Below are positions 58,045-64,000 of a stretch of 64,000 nucleotides of DNA, one piece after another; the stretch's first letter is position 1; each line of letters opens with the position of its first letter. Origin of the DNA: an uncultured Gammaproteobacteria bacterium (GTDB lineage Bacteria > Patescibacteriota > Microgenomatia > JAMCZE01); NCBI GenBank assembly GCA_964641255.1, contig CAZXMM010000001.1, positions 143,757 to 207,756 of the forward strand. The letters are read 5' to 3'. The position numbers were made by a program, and so were the translations under genes. The notes under the pieces were generated by a model, which ran no database searches, was not told the DNA's origin, and worked only from the letters and a program-made list of their open reading frames with translations.

Positions 58045-58743
58045 GTGATGTGGGATTTTGTTCTCGATGTACTTTTCCCCCGACACTGCCTCTCCTGTGG
58101 TAAATTCGGCTCTTTCTTTTGCCCCCGCTGTCAGCAACTAGTGGTTAAGTACACTACGACTCTTTGCCCGTATTGCCAGCGGCCCAGTCGCTCCGGATTG
58201 ACCCACCAAAAATGTCAACCCAAAAACGGACTGGACGGCTTGTTTGTTTGGGCTCACTACCGGGGGCCAATCCCAATGTTGGTCCACGTGATTAAGTACG
58301 AGGGGGTTTATGGGGTATTAGGAGAGTTGGCCACTCTTATGGCCAAGGATTATGGTGGCGGCTTTACTTTTGACTATCTCGTCCCCATTCCTTTGGCCAA
58401 GAAGCGGCTGCGAGACCGGGGGTTTAATCAGGCCGAGGTGTTAGCTAAGAAGTTACAGCCGCTCTTAAATTCTTCGGTAGCCAGTCTGTTAAAAAGAACC
58501 AGAGAGACCGAACCCCAGTTTGATTTAGGTTACCAAGCCAGAAAGAAAAATTTAGCCAACGCTTTTGCTCTCAACACTAGTCTTTTTGTTACTCCAGTGA
58601 GCCTTTACCCCCTTGCTGGTGGCTCATTTTGTCTAATTGACGATGTGGTGACTACCGGCACCACCCTTTTTGAGTGTGCCAGTGTTTTAAAACAGGCTGG
58701 GGCCAATAAAGTCTACGCCATTGCTATTGCTAGGGGCGGGTAA
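58045..58743 (+). CDS. comFC: ComF family protein (zinc-ribbon + phosphoribosyltransferase domain)
   Basis: N-terminal CxxC...CxxC pairs, C-terminal PRTase motif CLIDDVVTTGTT. Confidence 0.7.
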   Translation: MMWDFVLDVLFPRHCLSCGKFGSFFCPRCQQLVVKYTTTLCPYCQRPSRSGLTHQKCQPKNGLDGLFVWAHYRGPIPMLVHVIKYEGVYGVLGELATLMAKDYGGGFTFDYLVPIPLAKKRLRDRGFNQAEVLAKKLQPLLNSSVASLLKRTRETEPQFDLGYQARKKNLANAFALNTSLFVTPVSLYPLAGGSFCLIDDVVTTGTTLFECASVLKQAGANKVYAIAIARGG

Positions 58744-58748
58744 ATATG

Positions 58749-59161
58749 TGGAGATGGGGGGAATGATCCCCCGTGTGAAATCACGACCTCTAAACATCTA
58801 CAAGCTTAGATGATTCTGGAATTTCAAAGCAATCAATCGAATCATCAAGAAAATTACCTCTAGATTTATTGTCTTAGTTTATTAAAGAAAATCAGCCTTT
58901 AATAACAGCGTCTTGGCTGTGTTTATGCTCCAAAGATCCCACCAAGAGAAGACCTTGGGAACAGACTTACGCTACTTGAGCGTAGGCAAAAGCAAAATTG
59001 CTTTTGCGCGTTGCGGAAAGAGCTTTTTCAAGCTTTTCGTAAAACGCGGTCAGTGTGGATTGTGTTCCAGCACTTAAGTTTTCGATACCGTCTTTTACGA
59101 TGAAGGTATCCTAATCGGCTTGCAGTTTTTAAAGTGCGACTTCGTCGATTCGTACATCCCC
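58749..59161 (-). ncRNA. ssrA: tmRNA (ssrA) candidate
   Basis: 5' GGGGATGTACGAATCGACG pairs with 3' CATCTCC to form a tRNA-like acceptor stem; G5/C5 T-arm near the 3' end; internal ORF ending GCT CAA GTA GCG TAA; immediately downstream of smpB. Confidence 0.55.
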
Positions 59162-59166
59162 ATTTT

Positions 59167-59604
59167 TTACTCTTTTCCTCTTAAAGCTTGTTCAACTTCG
59201 CGATCCTCAGTGCGTTTTTTTATGGATGCTCTTTTATCCCACTTTTTCTTACCTTTGCCAATGGCGATCTCCAGCTTGAAGAGGTTGCCCTTATTATACA
59301 GTGCCAAAGGGACTACGGTCAAACCGTCTTTAGCCACTTTGGTCGCAAGAGAGAGGAGTTGTCTTTTATGAAGAAGTAGCCTGCGGCTACGGGTAGGCTC
59401 GATGATTTGCTGCGAGTTTTGGTAAGGATGGATGTGGGCTCCTACTAAAAAGGCTCCCCCGTCTCGGAAGTGGACAAAAGCCTCTTGGAGAGAAATTTGC
59501 CCGGCTCGTACTGATTTAACTTCGGGACCCAAAAGAGCGATTCCTGCTTCCAGGGTCTCTAAAATATCATAATTAAATCTGGCGGCACGATTTTCCACTC
59601 TCAT
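59167..59604 (-). CDS. smpB: SsrA-binding protein
   Basis: full-length SmpB similarity (KSVRAGQISLQEAFV ... LLLHKRQ). Confidence 0.9.
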   Translation of the reverse strand: MRVENRAARFNYDILETLEAGIALLGPEVKSVRAGQISLQEAFVHFRDGGAFLVGAHIHPYQNSQQIIEPTRSRRLLLHKRQLLSLATKVAKDGLTVVPLALYNKGNLFKLEIAIGKGKKKWDKRASIKKRTEDREVEQALRGKE

Positions 59605-59646
59605 GAGCCTATTATCTCACAAGCACGGGGAGAAGAAGGGAAATTT

Positions 59647-60054
59647 TTAAAAGGGAAATTGGATTTTTAGCTCCTTGAAGCTTTTTAACCGCTTATCATT
59701 GGTGATAAACCTACTTGCCTTTGCGCTCTTGGCGGTTGCTAGTTGGATGGCGTCAGGTAAACGATAGGAATATTCTCTTCTAATTCTTGCTGCTTCAAGA
59801 GCGATTTCTTGGTTAACTTCCAAAGTTACTAGGTTTGGTGTTTCAAAATAAAGTGACTGTAGTTGCTTGGCTATCTCGGACGTAGTAGTGAGGGAGAGAA
59901 GTTCGATCAGGGTGATAACACTAGTGACAGCCCTAGTCTTGTTAAGGGCTAATGATGTAAATATCTTTTGGGTGGTTGGACCAAATTTTGGATGGGACTG
60001 ATAATAGTAGATAAAAATGTTGGTGTCGATTCCAACTAGACTGTCTCTTACCAT
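59647..60054 (-). CDS. vapC: PIN-domain toxin (VapC-like)
   Basis: GIDTNIFIYYY N-terminal PIN motif, conserved acidic positions, ITNDKR near the C-terminus; overlaps the upstream antitoxin gene. Confidence 0.7.
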   Translation of the reverse strand: MVRDSLVGIDTNIFIYYYQSHPKFGPTTQKIFTSLALNKTRAVTSVITLIELLSLTTTSEIAKQLQSLYFETPNLVTLEVNQEIALEAARIRREYSYRLPDAIQLATAKSAKASRFITNDKRLKSFKELKIQFPF

Positions 60055-60284
60055 TCGTTGCGCATTTTTTCTAACTGCTTAATAACATTTAGATTCTTCC
60101 AGGTTTTAGCCATAGCTCCGTAGCTGCTCTCTAGCCAACTATTCTGGCTTACTTTAAGAGCCACAGTATTTTGATCTAGGGGGTAGACAATAATTTTTCG
60201 GCCCGGTCTCATTCCGATAACCCTTTCGCGGATCTCCTTGGGAATAACAATTTGATTTTTCGACCCAATAATAGCTTGTTGCAT
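60048..60284 (-). CDS. vapB: AbrB/MazE/SpoVT-type antitoxin (VapB-like)
   Basis: 78 aa; IIGSKNQIVIPKEIRERV swapped-hairpin motif. Confidence 0.65.
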   Translation of the reverse strand: MQQAIIGSKNQIVIPKEIRERVIGMRPGRKIIVYPLDQNTVALKVSQNSWLESSYGAMAKTWKNLNVIKQLEKMRNEW

Positions 60285-60335
60285 AGTATGTCAATACTAC
60301 TAAATTTTGACATACTAGTCAAGGCTTAGTTGCAG

Positions 60336-62171
60336 CTAACGCAGATCAAATGAGAAGATCTTACTCTCAGACACCAAAAAGACTTTTTTAACCTTTTCGT
60401 CAACTAGGAGTGACCTAACAACTAAATTTTTCTTATCTGGCAACACGTATTGGGCCACATAAGTTCCCTTTTTAGTGACGACCCAGACGCGACTACTATT
60501 GTCGTCGAGAAAATAGAGATTTTCTGTCCCATCAGTGACAAAAAGATGGCTGGGATTTTTTAGTTCTGTTGGCAGTCCGATAAAGCTAAAGTCTTCCGGG
60601 GAGCCGCCACTAAATTTAACGAGTGTTCCTGATTGGGAAAGCACATAGACTGAGCCGTCAATGCCCAGAGAGTTAGTCTTAGATAGGTTAAGAGATAACC
60701 CCTTGACTAAGTAGGAGGTTAGATCGCTAAAGCCAGTCTCACTGCCTTGATATTTCCAAATTTCATTCTTGTCACTGTCCAAGAGATAAAGGTTGCCAGC
60801 AAAAGTGACCATACTCTTAATACTGCCCCAGTCACTGCTGGCGGGAATAATTTTTTTAAGTGGCCCCTCGTCTTTAAAGAGTTTGGTATAAATACCGGTA
60901 TTGCCCAGAACGTAAACGCTGGTGGGGGAAAAGTCCACTAATTGAGCCGATTTTAACTCCTCAGTCCCGCCAACAATCACCGCGTTTTTAGTGTCGGTAG
61001 TTAGCGAGTAAACCGCCCCATTTTTGGCATCAAGAGCCACAACTTTCCCATCGTGTAAGTTGGCCGAAACAATGCCGGGACCATTTCTAAGGAGAGCAAA
61101 ATCGTAAAAAGTGGTCAAACTGGCGACAGAGTGAATTTTGGATACCTGGCGTATTTGGTCATCTAATTTAGCGATCAACAAATTCACCGCTTTTTGCTCT
61201 GTTGGTCCCAGTCCCTTAGTTTGTTGTTCCAGATTTAGTTTTTGGGTGAGAAGAGCATTTCTGGCAGCCAGTTGGTTGAGTTCACCTAAGTTTTTAGCAC
61301 TAACAATACTGGTATCTACTTCGGTTGTCAGGTTGGCAATCAGTTGAGCACTACTTTCCGAAGCCCGGGAGCGGAGCTGAAAAGCGAGTAAGGACATTAA
61401 AGTAACCAATACGATGAGGGCCAGGTAAAGCGGCTTGCGCACTGACCTGGGGGCAGTTGGATCACTAAAAGAGCGGAGTAGATGGTGGGGACTAAACTCT
61501 CTTAATAATCTTTGGCTCCAGAGCGGTTTAGTGACCAAGATGTCTTGGCTAACTACTCTCTCTGGAGGAGCTGCCTCTGGTTCGGTAGTGATTTCTGCTG
61601 GTTCGTTATAATTTACAAAAAGGGCGCTTACGGGTTCGGGAGTGGTGGCTGATTCCACGAGCGCGAGTAGGCCGTCCCTCTGTTCTACTGCCGAAGCATT
61701 ATTCCCTTCAGCCAGGGTGGTTAAAACTACTAAATCAAAAAAAGCCTTAGTGCCCAGGATCAAAAGATCGTTTTTTTCTAAGGGTCCATGAAGCTCTTTT
61801 TGCTCCTGGTCGTTAAAGTCCAACAAACTAACAATTTTTTTGGCGCGAATCAGTTTGGCTCCGACTTGACCCAGCTTGCTGATTATTAAGTGTCGGCCCT
61901 CAACTTGGGTTAGAACAATACTGAGAGAGAGTTCGGGAAGTAGCGACTGCTTAACCTGCGTAATAATCTCATTAGGCGGAGGAGCTGGAGACTGAGTGAG
62001 GAAATTCTCGATGAGGCTAACAACGCCGCGACCCTGTTCAAGGTCAATGGGGGTTTCTGAGCTGAGAAGGATTAGTCCATAGTAGTGACCACTAGCGATG
62101 GTTTGAGTGTAAAATTGACTCTGCACTTTGCCGCTAAGAGCAGCATGGTCAAGCATGGATCTAGTATACAT
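60336..62171 (-). CDS. hypothetical membrane protein with C-terminal beta-propeller-like repeats
   Basis: central TM helix (LYLALIVLVTLMSLLAF), repeated hydrophobic-Y/W beta-strand motifs in the C-terminal about 330 aa. Confidence 0.35.
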   Translation of the reverse strand: MYTRSMLDHAALSGKVQSQFYTQTIASGHYYGLILLSSETPIDLEQGRGVVSLIENFLTQSPAPPPNEIITQVKQSLLPELSLSIVLTQVEGRHLIISKLGQVGAKLIRAKKIVSLLDFNDQEQKELHGPLEKNDLLILGTKAFFDLVVLTTLAEGNNASAVEQRDGLLALVESATTPEPVSALFVNYNEPAEITTEPEAAPPERVVSQDILVTKPLWSQRLLREFSPHHLLRSFSDPTAPRSVRKPLYLALIVLVTLMSLLAFQLRSRASESSAQLIANLTTEVDTSIVSAKNLGELNQLAARNALLTQKLNLEQQTKGLGPTEQKAVNLLIAKLDDQIRQVSKIHSVASLTTFYDFALLRNGPGIVSANLHDGKVVALDAKNGAVYSLTTDTKNAVIVGGTEELKSAQLVDFSPTSVYVLGNTGIYTKLFKDEGPLKKIIPASSDWGSIKSMVTFAGNLYLLDSDKNEIWKYQGSETGFSDLTSYLVKGLSLNLSKTNSLGIDGSVYVLSQSGTLVKFSGGSPEDFSFIGLPTELKNPSHLFVTDGTENLYFLDDNSSRVWVVTKKGTYVAQYVLPDKKNLVVRSLLVDEKVKKVFLVSESKIFSFDLR

Positions 62172-62190
62172 AATTTGTTAGGATTAGTGC

Positions 62191-64000
62191 ATGGCTGACC
62201 CTGCCCAAAAGGCTGCTAGTACTATTTCTCCCCCCATTCCGCTAAAAGATTTGGATAAGGCTATTCGGTTGTGGCTCTCACTTGACCCTCTAAAAGAGGT
62301 TTGGCCCATTACTGACGAAGAGCAAGGCACTCTGAACATTGTGCGGGGTGAGGCGATTAGACAAATTGACAAATTAAACTTAGGCGGGCATCTATTTAAG
62401 CGAGGAGAGCTCGATCCAGCGACTCGCACTTACTGGGAGGAGGCCGACAACTTTATAAAAATCTATGGTGATTTGCCGCAAATCTTTGATTCCAATGTTC
62501 CCGACCCCGCCCTTCTTAAAGATCTGGAAAAACAAAAAGCTGAGGCGGATGTTCGCGAGACTAGTGCCGATGACCAACAGCGAATTGCCAGACAGCTTCA
62601 GATAAAGAGATTATTAAATATGGGACTATCGATGCCTGAGGCGCTTCGGGCGGTAGAGGCTGGGGTAGCTGATACCATCATTGCTGGACAGTCCCTGTCT
62701 CCAGTAAGAAGTTCCAGCAAAACGGCTACCCAAACTAAAGCGGGAGCCCAGAAAACTGGGGGTACTAAGGCTACCACCCGGTTTGATCGGGAAATGGCCT
62801 GGCGGATTAAAAACGCTGAGCTGCAGCGGCAAATGGGCGCTTACAGCATTCTTGGTCAACCTTTGCAGTGGTTTTGGATGAGAGCGGCTGGATTGAAACA
62901 TAGTGTCATTGGTAAGTTCCAGGGGTATAAACCAGATTATTCCTCCATTAGTTCCCCAGTTCAAGATAGTGGTGGTGAAATGGTTGGTGCCGAAGGAGGG
63001 GGCAGTGAAGATAGCTCAGAGTCTCCAATGCCCCAGTCCTATGGACACCCCAGTGCCGAAATTGGTCCCAGTCAGGATCTAGTTAGTGGCCACAGTGGGG
63101 GAAGCTCGGGACCCAGCTCTAAATCCAGCTCTCATTTTACCCCCAGCTCTTTAGGGGGAATGGGTAAGAGCGTCGGCGGTAAAATTGCCGGGGCTAAAAA
63201 TTTGACTGCCAAAGCGAAAGAGGCAGTGACTGCCGCTAAAGCTATTGGTAGCGGTTTTGCTGATCTGAAGTCGGATCTGCAACTACTTAAGCAGGTACTG
63301 GGTAATAAGTACGTCCAAAAAGGACTCAAAGCTCTAAAAGTTGCTGCCTTAGGGGGAGGACTCTACGGCTGGTTACTTCTTGTTGACCTAGCTGCTAAAG
63401 TCGGAACTGTAGCTTCCATCGCCGCCGGAGCAGTGGGAGGGGCGGCGCTTGGGGCGGTGGTTGGGTCGATTATTCCTGGAGTGGGCACTCTTGTGGGGGC
63501 TGGAATTGGAGCTGTTGTTGGAGGGACGGTAGGGTTTTTTGCTGGACTAGCTGGGGGAGCAGGTATCTTTGGTTCTGGAACTGCGATTGCCGGTAGTACC
63601 AGCCTGGCTTCGATTAGCAGTGTAACTGCCGCCACTACCACCACACTAACTGCAGGTGGGATTGGAACGGCGGGTGGTTTTTTGGGGGGAGCCCTTAGTA
63701 CCTCGGCAACTGTAGCGGTGGGTAGTCTGATTCCCCTGACAGTTGGTGGAGTGGTAGGAATATCAATTCTGGGTCAACAGCAAAAAATGCTGGCCTTTAT
63801 CGCTCCTGTGGAGGACACCAAATTAATCAGAGTGCAAAAAACGGTGGACCAACCATTTTTACCCAACAATCCCAACACCAGCTTAGTCTATAAAGTAGAA
63901 GTTACTACCAATAGTGAAGATCCTCTAGTCATCACAATTGAGGAGGTGGGGATTAAAATTACTCCGGAGCAGACTGGACTGGCTCTAGTGATGCCAGAAC
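62191..64000 (+). CDS. large Gly/Ala-rich protein with glycine-zipper membrane region (partial, continues past the window end)
   Basis: hand translation from the ATG at 62191 found no stop to the window end; only short opposite-strand ORFs lie across it. Confidence 0.4.
   Translation, partial: MADPAQKAASTISPPIPLKDLDKAIRLWLSLDPLKEVWPITDEEQGTLNIVRGEAIRQIDKLNLGGHLFKRGELDPATRTYWEEADNFIKIYGDLPQIFDSNVPDPALLKDLEKQKAEADVRETSADDQQRIARQLQIKRLLNMGLSMPEALRAVEAGVADTIIAGQSLSPVRSSSKTATQTKAGAQKTGGTKATTRFDREMAWRIKNAELQRQMGAYSILGQPLQWFWMRAAGLKHSVIGKFQGYKPDYSSISSPVQDSGGEMVGAEGGGSEDSSESPMPQSYGHPSAEIGPSQDLVSGHSGGSSGPSSKSSSHFTPSSLGGMGKSVGGKIAGAKNLTAKAKEAVTAAKAIGSGFADLKSDLQLLKQVLGNKYVQKGLKALKVAALGGGLYGWLLLVDLAAKVGTVASIAAGAVGGAALGAVVGSIIPGVGTLVGAGIGAVVGGTVGFFAGLAGGAGIFGSGTAIAGSTSLASISSVTAATTTTLTAGGIGTAGGFLGGALSTSATVAVGSLIPLTVGGVVGISILGQQQKMLAFIAPVEDTKLIRVQKTVDQPFLPNNPNTSLVYKVEVTTNSEDPLVITIEEVGIKITPEQTGLALVMPE

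Overview
This 64 kb window is a low-to-moderate GC bacterial chromosome segment dense in housekeeping genes, with several accessory islands. The core genes read from sequence are: UMP kinase; a csoR-copA-copZ copper operon; a complete F-type ATP synthase operon (atpB-E-F-H-A-G-D-C); malic enzyme; pyruvate kinase; and rpoD and dnaG. There is also smpB with an adjacent tmRNA-like gene and eight tRNA genes (Asn-GTT, Arg-CCG, Arg-GCG, Ser-GCT/GGA/TGA/CGA, and an odd type-II tRNA whose anticodon reads ACU), plus a thiol-disulfide set (DipZ-like CcdA-thioredoxin fusion, a second CcdA, DsbB/BdbC). Many small hypothetical membrane or secreted proteins are present. Two observed -10 boxes that sit directly at start codons, together with many short lineage-specific ORFs, weakly suggest an uncultivated small-genome lineage; this is inference only. 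The most unusual locus is at 45.9-50.8 kb. It has two nested pairs of perfect long inverted repeats (190 bp and 114 bp). The first pair brackets an AT-rich three-gene cassette: an OLD-family ABC-ATPase/TOPRIM nuclease, an HNH endonuclease with a wHTH N-terminus, and an XRE HTH regulator. The second pair brackets a large serine recombinase gene. The whole unit abuts the 3' end of tRNA-Ser(GGA). I read this as a candidate recombinase-controlled invertible or mobile defence-like module of a composition I do not recognise. A second accessory block at 35.3-39.5 kb lies between the atp/ccdA genes and rpoD. It carries a 137-aa protein, a 630-aa protein with no recognisable motifs, and a convergent, overlapping 457-aa regulator with a C-terminal OmpR-type winged helix and a long unrecognised N-terminal domain. 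Other points: a frameshifted and nonsense-interrupted NUDIX pseudogene; a C-terminal remnant of a second serine recombinase; a TetR gene with a textbook promoter and dual palindromic operators in an operon with a DUF378 membrane protein; and a perfect CsoR-box palindrome upstream of csoR. All coordinates and motif calls were made by eye. No database searches were run.
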